Below the pieces are notes generated by a model. That model saw only the letters and a program-made list of their open reading frames with translations, had not been told where the DNA came from and searched no databases. A stretch of DNA of 63,741 nucleotides, counting the filler, from Klebsormidium nitens (lineage: Eukaryota > Plantae > Klebsormidiophyceae): assembly GCA_000708835.1 (NCBI GenBank). It is 5 parts of 5 records of this genome, joined end to end, with 100 filler letters (N's around TTAATTAATTAA, not from the genome) between each part and the next. Parts side by side here need not be neighbours in the genome. Positions count along the whole stretch, not along the records: positions 1 to 26,970 come from DF237817.1; positions 27,071 to 45,831 come from DF237944.1; 3 more parts are not named here. One strand, given 5' to 3'. The translations under genes were made by a program, and so were the position numbers. Positions 22,901 to 34,070 of the stretch are shown here, in pieces. Within the stretch, counting starts at the first letter, position 1; every line of letters starts with the position of its first letter.

Positions 22901-25227
22901 TCGTGTACGCCTCCACAATCTCGTCAAAGGTGCACGCACGGAACGCCGGGTTCTCCACGCTGGGGGACACCGACAGCGTGCGGTTCGTGGGGCCCACCGC
23001 TCCCGCCACAAAGCGCGGACGAGTCGGATCTGCTGCCTCTGCACGCTCCACAGCGCGTTGCGCAACCTGCCAGAAGCAGCAAGAGCATGGGCTGGAAGGA
23101 TGGCAGGTAAGCAGGGCCTCAACAAACCTATGGGCATGCCCTGTATTTCCAGGGCCATCAATTGTAAAGACCCCAGACATCGACCTGAGCTGCCCTAAGC
23201 AGCAGTGGGTCAACTTGTTTGAAGGACTATTTGATAGATCACGCGCCCACAAGTGCGCCGGCGGCGCCGCTGACTGGCAGGCCGAGGTACCTAGGCACGG
23301 GCGCACACCTTGACAGCCTCGACATTGATGAGCGCCACCTCTTCGTCAGCCTGGAGGTCATAGTCGGCCTGACTGATAGACGTCCCGTTGAACGTGTTGG
23401 TCTCGACAATGTCAGCTCCTGCGGACAGGTACTCGAAGTGGATGCCCTCAATCACGTCGGGCCGTGTAATAACCAGCAGGTCGTTGTCCCCCTTCAGATC
23501 GCAGTGGTGCGCAGCATACCGCTCCCCCCTGCACGCCAAGCCGCAGATGCATCAACAAGCGTGAGCGCAGGCCTCAGGATTGCACACCTGCACGATGCTG
23601 CGTCAAGCACGCCGGCAAGCCGGACCTCAGGAGCTTTTCTCTCAAGGGCCGTGCGCGCTGACCTGTAGTCCTCCTCCTCCAGCTTGTGGCGCTGGATCAT
23701 GGTGCCCATGGCGCCATCAATGACCATAATGCGCTGCCGCATGATGCCGTCCAGCGCAGCAAACAGGTCGCGCCCCACAACCCGCTCGTTGCTCTTGCCG
23801 TCTGCCGTGACCGCCTCGTCGGGGTCCACGCGGGCAGCCCCGTCAACAACGTAGTGGAACGTGCAGCGCCCCTGCGGCAGGACATAGTCCAGGTAGAAGC
23901 AGCCCGTCTCCGAGCGTGACGGCTTGAGTGCCGCGGGCTTGCCCCCCGTGAAGGCCCCCATCACCGCCACACTGCGGCCCCCGTGGCGCCACACAAACTG
24001 GGTCACGCCAGGCTCTGCCAACACAAAGAGCGCTTAGCAGGCACGCAGACAAATGAGAGCGAGAAACAACCAAGGGACCCGCCCAGCAGGCTGATGAGCC
24101 AGATGAGACTGATGAGGATGCTAATACCACCAACAGTCTCATGCAGGCAGGGACACCGCCAATACAAACCTTTGCCAGTACTCGTTGAGTCAGACTCGGC
24201 CTTTATACAGAAAAACGTGAATCATTGAGGCCAATGCAAGCAGCCAGCCGACATCTCATGAACTTGGATTAGGCACTTACTGTCACTTTTGGGACTGGGG
24301 CGCCGTTTGCCGGGGTACTTGATGTCTGCAAGGTGCACACAAACCTGGATATTTAAGTACACAGGGCGCTCGATTCTGCGGTGATATGATCCATGATGTG
24401 ATCCCCTCGTTGTCTGAAGACAGGTTGTCAACACTGCACACATAGATCTATTATGCTGCTCCTCTGGAGGGCCATGATACATGATCTTGCATAGCCGAGT
24501 GGCCGCCCCTGCCCCGTGCCTTTTCTAGCGGCTGCTCACAAGCCTGGTTAGCCGGGCATGCTCTGTGTGGGATCCCTGCCCACCATGGTTACCAGGGCAG
24601 CCTGACACCAGCACGAGTCCCTCTAACCCAGATCTGCCCCTGTTCCTACTGCTAGCCCCCACCATGGGCCCCAATGGCGGGCGCGGTGCTCGCCGCCTGC
24701 GCATCCCCTGCTGGCTCACCTGCTTTGGGGAAGTTCCAGTCCAAGCCATCCTCCACCGCCGCCGCTGCTGCTCCTGCTGCTGCCGCCTCCTTCTCTTGCA
24801 CGTCACCGCTGCTGCCTTTGTCGCCAGCATTGGGTGCTGCTGTTGCTATTGCTGCCGCTGCTGCCCCCTTGCCTCCACTTGCCAATGCCACAGTGGCATC
24901 CCCCTCCGGGGCTGCCCCTTTTGAGGCACCCTGGGTAGATCTGTCTCCTGTTGCATCGGGACCCTTAAGCGCAGGCTTGGCCTGGGCGGACGGCGTGGCC
25001 GGCAGCTCCTGCAGCTGCACGCTCCGGGGTGCGGATCCAGCCCGGGGGGTGTGAAAGCGCGCCGGCAGCAAGAAGAGGCCCGCGAGCGCCAGCAAGGCTG
25101 CGGGGAGCAGGATGGGGAGCAGGAAGAGGGACACAGGCCAGGCAGCCAGCACGACCGCAAGCGAGCTCACCGGCCTCGCCTTCAAAATTGCCACCAGCTT
25201 CTGCAAGGACAAAGCAACCCCCGCCAT
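17286..25227 (-). CDS. METH: Cobalamin-dependent methionine synthase (MetH) with N-terminal extension (hydrophobic hairpin, linker, CBM48-like domain); about 14 exons
   Basis: All MetH modules are present in order. Hcy-binding: [30 protein letters not shown]. Pterin-binding: [39 protein letters not shown]12 cap and binding: [46 protein letters not shown]. AdoMet reactivation: [24 protein letters not shown]. Stop TAG at 17286-17288. The 5'-most exon (25227-24720) is less certain than the core. Confidence 0.95.
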
Positions 25228-26590
25228 GATCGCGAAAAGCAATCTGCAGCACGGCGTGGAGCCCACTGTCCGGGTTGCTAACAAGCCGAAGACACAACCT
25301 CCTGGCAGGGTCTCCCCGCTTGCAATGCAGGCAGAACACCAGCTACAGACCAGCTAGCTTCCAGATTGAGGATCACTAGGGGGAAACCATTTCTTGCAAG
25401 GCTTCCTGCAGCACAAGGCTTCCTGCAGCACAAGGCGCGTGACGTCGACGCAATGGATCGTAGACAACCTTTGTGGGGGGGCGGCCGAGTTCCGGGATAT
25501 GGTACCTGTACGCCGCCCTCCGGGGCCTGAGATACTCTCTAGAATAGTTTCAGTATTAGCTCAAGTTTTAGTAAGAACGAAGCTAACACTAGAACCTAAA
25601 CCCAAATATTCATCCGCTCCGCACCCGTACCCATCCTAACCACCATACTAATAACCTACCCTTCCCAGGTACTAAAACTTGAGCTTACAAAACCTTTTCT
25701 AGAGAACGACTCATCGCCCTGGGAGCCTGGGGCGATCACATCCACACATACCGGTAGCTATTAATATACCGGTATAGGTAGAGATCATTTAAAGTGAGTG
25801 GATCTGCCTTTATTAGGTACGTACCTACGACGGTACCTACGGTACGGTAGTACCAGTGGGAGGGGTATTACAGTACTTATTACGGTATACGGCCAAGGTA
25901 CCCATACGGGTACTGGCAACGGTCGCTTGCACTATTAAAAGCCGTAGCTTGCACGAAGATACACAGCTCCCGGGCACCCATCCTAAAACCCTAACCACAC
26001 AAATTATTCGCTCTGAACCCGCACCCGCACCCATCCTAACCACCAAGCTAACCCTACCGTCCCCCGGGTCCTTATCTTACTATGCAAGCTCAACTTTCCT
26101 TCTCACGCGTCACGCTGAAAATCAACGATATTTCGGCCTCGTGCCGCTAAACGACAAGCTCCCTCATCCACAAAGAGCGTCGGATCAGAAACTCCGCTTA
26201 TCGACTGCCATAAGAGAAGGAAAGTTCATATCTGCACGGTACGATGAGTACTCGGTTTGGACATGCCCGCTACGATGAGTTCACCAATCATTTGCATTGA
26301 TGATACGCGGACAGATCACCTGGATTTATCGATTTAACAATCAATAAACAAATCATAATCCACTCGGAAATCCAGATTGTTCAGTCGTCGATGCTGCTCG
26401 GGGCCTCGGGCAAGCACCATGGACGGATTGGGTCGCCGGATGTAAGTGTACAGATTCTAGGTACCGGGTATCACAAGACTACCCGGTAATTGTCCACCGA
26501 GCATTCAACGGGGCCCCTGGGCCTATACAAAAAGCCTCAATTCACTTTCGGCTTTCCTCGGCCCACATACCCGGTGTCGTAAGTCCCGTA

Positions 26591-26745
26591 CTAGGAGGGG
26601 ACCGCCCGAAGGGCGGTCTCCCTCCTAGCCCAGTCTAGTTAGAGCAAGCCCTCACCCGCAAAAACTTCATGGGCTGGGGTGGCCGGAGGCGACCCCATCC
26701 CCTGCCAAAGGCAGGGATGGGTCGCCGAAGGCGGCCCCCTGGTAG
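26591..26745 (+). mobile_element. Two GC-rich hairpins each followed by CTRR|T; Helitron-like 3' termini (tentative)
   Basis: Hairpin 26591-26628 (17/18-nt arms, GAA loop) followed by CTAG|T at 26635-26639. Hairpin 26688-26726 (AAA loop) followed by CTGG|T at 26739-26743. Confidence 0.4.
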
Positions 26746-27070
26746 TTATATGCATTTCTTGCTTCCTAACTTCCAATGTTGATTGTCAAATCACCATGAT
26801 GTGACAAAAATGTTTTCAAGAACTTATATACAATCCTGGCCTTCGAGCATGCCGCCTACGGTATATGGGTACTGAACTTCTGAATTGGATCTGACAATGT
26901 ACGAAGCAAAGATAGAAAGATGTACCTATGTAGGTCGGAGTCTACGGTATAGCAGTACCTCGTTTGCATANNNNNNNNNNNNNNNNNNNNNNNNNNNNNN
27001 NNNNNNNNNNNNNNTTAATTAATTAANNNNNNNNNNNNNNNNNNNNNNNNNNNNNNNNNNNNNNNNNNNN

Positions 27071-30000
27071 TGACGCCGGACCAGGTCCTGGCGGTCGCCG
27101 CCGCAGTGCCTGACGTCAGCGCTGACGCGGCGGGGACGCCCGACGTGCGGGGCGCGACCCCGGGGGAGCGCCTCGCGGCGGCGAAGCACAAGGTGCTGGT
27201 AACGGTCGGGGCGTTGAAGGAGATGCAAGCGGCGCTGCACAGAAGCGTCCGGGGGGCGCTTGCAGGGGCGGTGGTGTTTTCGCGGGAGCTTCCGCCGAAG
27301 CTCAACTCCGTCATCCAGCCGTTGATGGCATCAGTGCGGTTTGAGGGGGAAGCGAGTCTGCAGTTGCCGGCGAGTAGGGCCATTGCAGAACTGGTGCTCC
27401 TCTGCAGGGGCCGCACGCCCAGCCCCAACGACAAGGTTCTAAAGAATGTGTGCGGGCTCGCGTGCGCGGACCAAGCCGAGACGCCGGTGGTGACGTCAGA
27501 GGAAGGGGAGAACGAAGAGGAGACGGACGGTGTGAAAAAGGGCGAAGGGGAGGGTGGGGAGTTGTTGGAGGGGGCTGTCACGCGGCGGGGGGCTGAAGCG
27601 GTCCTGTCAGATTTGTGCAATCGATTAGGTCCCGCAATTTTCGAGGCGCTTCCCAAGCTATGGGAGTGCATGACCGAGGGCCTGGTTCTAGATGACGCCA
27701 GGCCAACCGACCTCAAACCCGCAGACTCGAAGAGTTTAGAACCTCACTCAATTCCTGCAAAACCCCTGCCAAGCCTGGCCGCTTCCCCCCAGAGTTTGGT
27801 GTCCACTCTGCAAGCAGTACGCTCCCTGGCCCCGTCCCTTCATCCATCTCTCCACGCTACTGCTCTCTTCCCCTTGCTGCCGTCCGTCTTCGCGTGCGCC
27901 CGGCACAGCCACGTGGCAGTGCGGCTGGTCGCCGGCCGCTGCATCGCGACCCTCGCAGAAGCGGCGACCGAGTTGGTAATGCTCTCCGTTCTGAGCACGT
28001 TAACACCGATGCTGGGAGACGCGCAGAGCGCCGGAGCGCGGAGGGGCGCCGCCGGGGCGATCGCGGCGCTCGTCAACCGACTCGAGCCGAACATTTTGGT
28101 CCCGTATTGTCCGCTTCTAGTTGTGCCACTCCTGGGGCGAATGGCAGACCCGGACGAGCGAGTTCGGCGGAGCGTAACGCACAGCTTTGCAGCGCTGGTG
28201 CCGTTACTCCCCCTGGCACGGGGCGCGCCGCCGCCGCGCGGGCTCGACGGGACGGTGTTGAAAACCGCCGAGGACGCCCGGTTCCTGGAGCAGCTCCTCG
28301 ACAGCCGGCACACCGAGGACTACCGGTTGCCTATTCACATCAACGGAACGCTCCGGCGGTACCAGCAGGAGGGTGTGAACTGGCTCGCCTTTTTGAAGCG
28401 CTTCAAACTGCACGGGGTGCTCTGCGACGACATGGGACTCGGGAAGACCCTCCAGGCGACCGCGATCGTCGCGGCCGCGGCCGCGGAGCGCGCGGCCGCG
28501 CGCGCGCGCATGCCCGCGCCTGACAACGCGCCGCTCCCGAGCCTCGTGGTCTGCCCGCCCACTCTAGTTGGCCACTGGGCGTTCGAGATCGAAAAGTTCG
28601 TGGGCGAGAAAGTGCTCTCGCCGCTGCAGTACCAGGGCTCGCCGGCCGAGCGCGCGCGCGCGCGCGCGCTCTTCCCGCGCCACAGCGTCGTGGTCATGAG
28701 CTACGACTCGCTGCGGAAGGACGTGGAGGAACTAGAGGGGGTCGCGTGGCTGTACGTCATCCTGGACGAGGGCCACGTCATCAAGAACGCGAAGTCGAAG
28801 ATCGCGGAGGCGGCGAAGCGGGTGCGCGCGGAGCACCGGTTGATCCTGAGCGGGACGCCGATCCAGAACAACGTGCTCGAGCTGTGGTCGCTCTTCGACT
28901 TTCTGATGCCCGGGTTCCTGGGCACCGAGCGGGAGTTCAACGCGAAATACGGGAAGCCGCTCGCCGCGGCGCGGAATCCGAAGTGCACGCCGAAACAGGC
29001 GGAGGCGGGGGTTCTGGCACTCGAGGCGCTGCATAAGCAGGTGAGGTCGCTTGACTAATAAACTGCAGAAAAACGGTTTGAGTCGCGGAAAAGGAGAAGA
29101 GCCGTTGTGAAGGAACCCTGTTACAGCGAAGAATGGCTCTCAAGCTTCCTGCTCGTTAACGTCAACTAAGCAAAGTTATGAGACCCTTCTACCAAACGAA
29201 GGTGCAATAGCCATAGAACACTTTGGTTGGGGGCCATTGCAGACATTGACAAGTCGTGGGTTCAGAGCCGCTGGCGCTTCGCTGTCTGTTTTCTGAGAAT
29301 TGTACTCGGAGACCTAGTATCGGATGTTCAGGTGTATCTCAATATGAACGGAGATGCGGGTTCAGAAGCAAAGCTGACGATCATGAATCTAGTGACTGAG
29401 ACGCGGTTGAGGTCTGGAAGAACTTCTCTGTCGCTTCTTATGCGATGCGGTCTGGCAAGGTCATTCAATTCTGATCCCTGAGACCTGTCCTACACTACCT
29501 GTCCTACACTGCAGCGCCAAGCAGGAGGCCTTATTCCTGGCCAAGCCTCAGGGCTTTACACCTCACACCCTTACTTGGGCGGTAGAAGTCCATCTGAAAT
29601 CCATTATTGTTCCAACCCTTGTGAACTTCGATTCTCATTTTTCCGTCAGGGATTGTGCCACTTGTTCTCCCTGCCAGGTGATGCCTTTCCTGCTGCGGCG
29701 CACCAAGGAGGAAGGTTTAACGGACTGATCCTCAACATCTAATTTCCTTCGGCAAATAGAGTCTCTTCTAGAATGAAGGCATTGGCATCCGGGCAGTTAA
29801 ACCGTGTAACTCGTTTCTCGAGCCCAGATGATGCTCATGCCAAGATAATGCCATTCCTGCTGTGGCGCACCAAGGAGGGAGTCCCGATGGTTTGCTTTCT
29901 AATATCACACCTTTCCTTGGCAAATGGAGTCTCTTTTCAGTTCAATCCATGTTAACTCGCGTCAGACTCGTTTTCCCTGCTCAGGTGATGCCTTTCCTGC

Positions 30001-33000
30001 TGCGGAGGACCAAGGAGGAAGTCCTCACGGACCTTCCCCCCAAGATCATCCAGGACCGTATAGTCGATCTGAGCCCCCTCCAAGTCAAGCTCTACGAGGA
30101 CTTCTCCCGCAGTGACGTCAGGCATGAGGTCAGCAGCCTCGTGCAGGGCGCCGACGCGGTCACGGCGGTCCCGGAGCAGGCGTCGACACACGTGTTCCAG
30201 GCGCTACAGGTGGGGGCGGTGTAAATCGGCGACGGTGTGAAAAGGCGACGGTGTGAAAATGCCAAAAGCTTGACGAGACTGCTTGTGTGCGATGACGGTT
30301 GTTTTGAAGGGCGATTGGTTGGGTCAGCGGCGCTGTGAAAAGGCGGACGTGTGGGACGTTGCGAAAGAGGCATAAACTTAGCACTGGTTTACTCGTGCCT
30401 CCGCTCTTTTCACAGTGTAAGGATTTTTGTCACAGCGAGATGCTCTTGGCTTCATGTCTGCCTGCGCAGAGTGGCTAAAAATTCAATGATCTACCCCTCA
30501 CCAGGTCTCAGGTCACCTAATTCTGCAAGCGAATGTCTTCCGACTTTGTGCATTGAACTCGATCCTAGACATGAAATCCGCGCTAGAAATCCGAATTTAC
30601 AAGTACTCAACCCAGATGTTTACCCCTCATTTCCGCTCCTTTCCTCACAGTACCTACGGAAGCTGTGCAGCCACCCGCTCCTAGTTGCTGGCGACGCACC
30701 CGAGCGCGTGGCGGCCGCGCAGGCGGAGCTCCCGAGCACGAGCGGCCGGGGGGGCCTTCACAGCCTGGAGCACTCCCCCAAGCTGGTCGCCCTCAAGGAG
30801 ATCCTGGACGAGTGCGGGGTCGGGTCGGAAGGGGAAGAGGCCGGGGGGCAGCACCGAGTGCTCATCTTTGCCCAATTGAAGGTGAGAGGGGGCTAGCAGC
30901 GAGCGGTTATTCGAGAATGTGGGCGGGGGCTCGGTTGGTGGTTCACTCCTTTTCAAACGTCCGCTTGTGCTGCAAGGTCGCTTTGAGTGAGTCAATGGGA
31001 GCTGAACTTATGCCGCAATAAAGGAGTCGGAGAAGGGAGAACAAGGTAATACAAGGAGCTTGCCGACGGGGGAGTGCGAAATTGGGAGGGAAGCTGACTT
31101 GTGCATCATGAGAGAAAATTGCGACCTGAAGGGACGTCAAATCCCGCAACCTTCTGAGCTGCCGCGGGATGCGGCTGGACACTTTTGACGTCGTCAACCC
31201 GGACCATAGAATGCCAGCAATTACCACTCACCTTACCCGGGGCCTTTCTCGCACGTACAAGCCATACAGCAAGCTTCTTAAATGGGCCTAGTCTCAAATT
31301 GCCAAATGGCCGCGTCCTTGCTTGCAGAGCGAAGTTTACTCGACCTAGGGTCTTTCCACTTTCCGAGCGGAACAAAGCGGAGCGTAGCGGAACTGGAATA
31401 AGTGGCTTTTGGACTTTTTAATGAAGGACCTGTGTGCTGCCCCACATGCCGTGCTTCTCGTACCTGCGCGTCTCAGGAACCGGAACTGAACGGAACTGGT
31501 TTTCCGTTTCCGCAGGGCTTTTCAGATCATTCAGAGGACCTGTTTGCGCCGCACTTGGCGTCTCATACCTGCCCCTCACCAACAAATTGAACAGGTTTAG
31601 AACCGCATGCGATTGGAATCCCTGGACTTGAGCAGATTTGGAACTGAACGGAACCGGAATCCGTCTTTGCAGGGCTTCCTGGACATCATCGAGAAGGACC
31701 TGTTTGCGACGCACATGCCGGGCGTCTCGTACCTGCGCCTGGACGGCGGCGTCGAGGCGTCGAAGCGCTTCGACGTCGTGCGCCAGTTCAACGCGGACCC
31801 GACCATCGACGTCCTGTTGCTCACCACGCACGGTGAGCGCACGCGCGCGCCAGGGTTTGGAGGTTTTAGAGGGCTCGCGCTTGAGGGATGCGCTTGTGAC
31901 TTGGCCGATCCTGCGGCAGACTCTGGGAGGCCTCCTTTGTGTTCGTTTGTCCGCTGCAAGGGCGAGCCAGCGATTGCGTGGTCCTCTGCTCGAAGAGAAT
32001 GGAGATGGCAGTGGGCGACCTCTCTGTACACGAAATAGCCGTTCTCACGAAGTTGTTCAGTCGTCCATACCATTTTGGAGTAGTTTCCGTACATTGGCCT
32101 GGGCGTTGCCGACAGCTTTTCAATGCCCCAATGATTGGTGTTGCAACCTACTCGTTGACAGCCAAAAGGCTGAAACGCTGCACGTGCTCACCATTTTCTT
32201 TCCATAAAGTCCCCGGAGCTCAACCTTGGATCACCCGTTTGCAGTCGGTGGCCTGGGCTTGAATCTGACGTCAGCCGATACAGTGGTTTTCGTCGAGCAC
32301 GACTGGAACCCCATGAGAGACCTGCAGGTGAGCTTCCCTTCTCGCTCCGTCCGCCTCCGCCGGTTCCGCTCTTGTTTACGCTTCCCGCTTTCAAACCTGT
32401 TTAGAACCGGGCTTTCCGTCATGCTCTGAGCCTTAGCTAACAAGTTGGCAACATCAGTGGACTGAGATGGTCATTCTCAACGAAACTTGTTGATTACAAT
32501 GGTCTCATTCTTTGCCTTCGGTTATGCTTTTGCCTTAGCCGCGACGAAAGCTAATACCCACTACATGCCTCGTTGTTCATAGGAGCCATTTAGCCGGCCC
32601 AGATCCAGTCTCTTCTGAAACACAAGAACCGACCGACACGACGACTATTTAAGGTCATCGCTAATTGCGTCCTGTCCACGCGACGTCGAAAAGTAAAAGA
32701 CATGAACTTCCGCCCGGTGCTTTCCCCCAGGCTATGGACCGGGGCACCGGTTGGTCTTAGACACTACTTGAGCAAGCCTCTCCTCACAAAGCGAGAATCG
32801 CAAAGCCCCAATGAAATCTCCACACGAACAACAGACACGCATTTTCCACCTGGTTGTTTCCCCCAGGCGATGGACCGGGCGCACCGGTTGGTTGTAGACT
32901 CTCCGCTAATGTAGCCTTTCCTTGCAACGTCGAGAAGCTCAAGACCCCGTTACGACATGAATCTCAGACACAAATACTCCGCCCGGTGCTTTCTCCCAGG

Positions 33001-34070
33001 CGATGGACCGGGCGCACCGGCTGGGCCAGCAGCGCGTGGTGAACGTGTACCGGCTGATCACCCGGGGCACGCTCGAGGAAAAAATCATGGGCCTGCAGCG
33101 CTTCAAGCTGAGCATCGCCAACACCGTCGTTTCAGCGGAGAACGCGAGCCTGGATACCATGAACACCGGGCAGCTACTGGACCTCTTCAGCGTCAGCAAG
33201 GGAGCGCAACAGGTGGGGGCCAGCAACCGTTCCGTCGTTCCTGTTCCGTTCGTTTCCGATCCGTTCGGTTTCGTCGTTGGAGAGTTCACGTATGGTTTGA
33301 GCGGCTCGGAGCGCTTTATCCAAAATTATGTGTCTCCGCAGGCTGGGGTTCGTCTCGGGGTTCGGTTCGACTTGCGTCCAGCAGAGATTGGGGGCTTCCG
33401 CTCGCTGCTTCTTTGGAGCGTCGAGAAGAGGCCAGGTTTTCGTTGTTAAGCAAGGATTAAGATTGATTCTATCCGTTCAGCTCAGCGGCAACTGCGTACT
33501 GCCAAATCTGCACGAAAACACTCTTTCCCTGGCTGCACCCTGCTTGGTTGTGTACTTTCTGCTTCTTCCTGTTTGCTCCTATTCTGTCTTTCCAATTGTT
33601 TCGTGCCGTCGTAAGGAGACCTGAAAACTCTACTACAGTGGCCAAAGCGCGAGGCACCGCTTCAACTTCACCTTACTGGTGTTGTGGCAGAGAACCTTGA
33701 TACTCTTGTGCTTGCCATCTTGCAATCTATCGTCAACGAGGCACTACTCAAAGTACGCGTCTTCTGAGCAGTACGCTTAGGTTCAACGAACTTTTGGAAC
33801 AATTTCGAGTCAATCATTCGGCGTCGAAGGATCGAATTCATCTCTCATAACACTCCATGCCTGACACGTGCCAATAATCGAGTTTTGCAGCCTTCGGCCG
33901 GGCCGCTATCCGACGACGCGGCCGCTGCTGCCGCGGTGGAGGGCGGGGGAGTTCCCGCCAAGGGCAAGGGCCTCAAGGCCATGCTGGGCACGCTCGAGGA
34001 GCTGTGGGACGAGTCACAGTACAGCGAGGAGTACGACTTAAGCAACTTCCTCACAAAGCTGAAGAAGTAA
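27071..34070 (+). CDS. BTAF1: TATA-binding-protein-associated factor BTAF1/MOT1 (SNF2 ATPase), 5'-partial; exons <27071-29040, 29985-30209, 30651-30881, 31673-31832, 32245-32327, 33000-33212, 33891-34070
   Basis: HEAT-repeat region (LNSVIQPLMASVR, LVVPLLGRMAD) followed by helicase motifs GVLCDDMGLGKTLQ, DEGH, LSGTPIQNN, HRVLIFAQ, YLRLDG, LLTTHVGGLGLNLTSAD and HDWNPMRDLQAMDRAHRLGQ. Ends with the MOT1-type tail LWDESQYSEEYDL. The N-terminus is lost in the gap. Confidence 0.95.
29660..29990 (+). repeat. Intronic tandem copies of 3' splice site plus exon start (copies at 29678 and 29845; real exon at 29985)
   Basis: cag|gtgatgcctttcctgctgcggcgcaccaaggaggaag, aag|ataatgccattcctgctgtggcgcaccaaggagggag, then the real cag|gtgatgcctttcctgctgcggaggaccaaggaggaag. 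Confidence 0.9.
31385..31680 (+). repeat. Intronic tandem copies of 3' splice site plus exon start (copies at about 31404 and 31516; real exon at 31673)
   Basis: Repeated ggaac(t/c)gaacggaac...cag|ggctt...gaggacctgtttgcg...ctc(g/a)tacctgc units. Confidence 0.85.
32700..33010 (+). repeat. Intronic tandem copies of 3' splice site plus exon start (copies at 32731 and 32867; real exon at 33000)
   Basis: cccag|gc(t/g)atggaccggg(g/cg)caccgg occurs three times with 136 and 133 bp spacing. Confidence 0.9.

Noticed and set aside
27015-27026. TTAATTAATTAA inside N-runs (also near 45876, 49135 and 60132)
   Set aside because: Artificial six-frame-stop spacer inserted by the assembler; not biological.
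22674-30260. Short intronic/intergenic tandem repeats (14-bp x3 at 22674, 17-bp x2 near 25400, 13-bp x2 near 29485, 16-bp x2 at 30228)
   Set aside because: Ordinary slippage-type minisatellites. They have no spacer structure, so they are not CRISPR-like.
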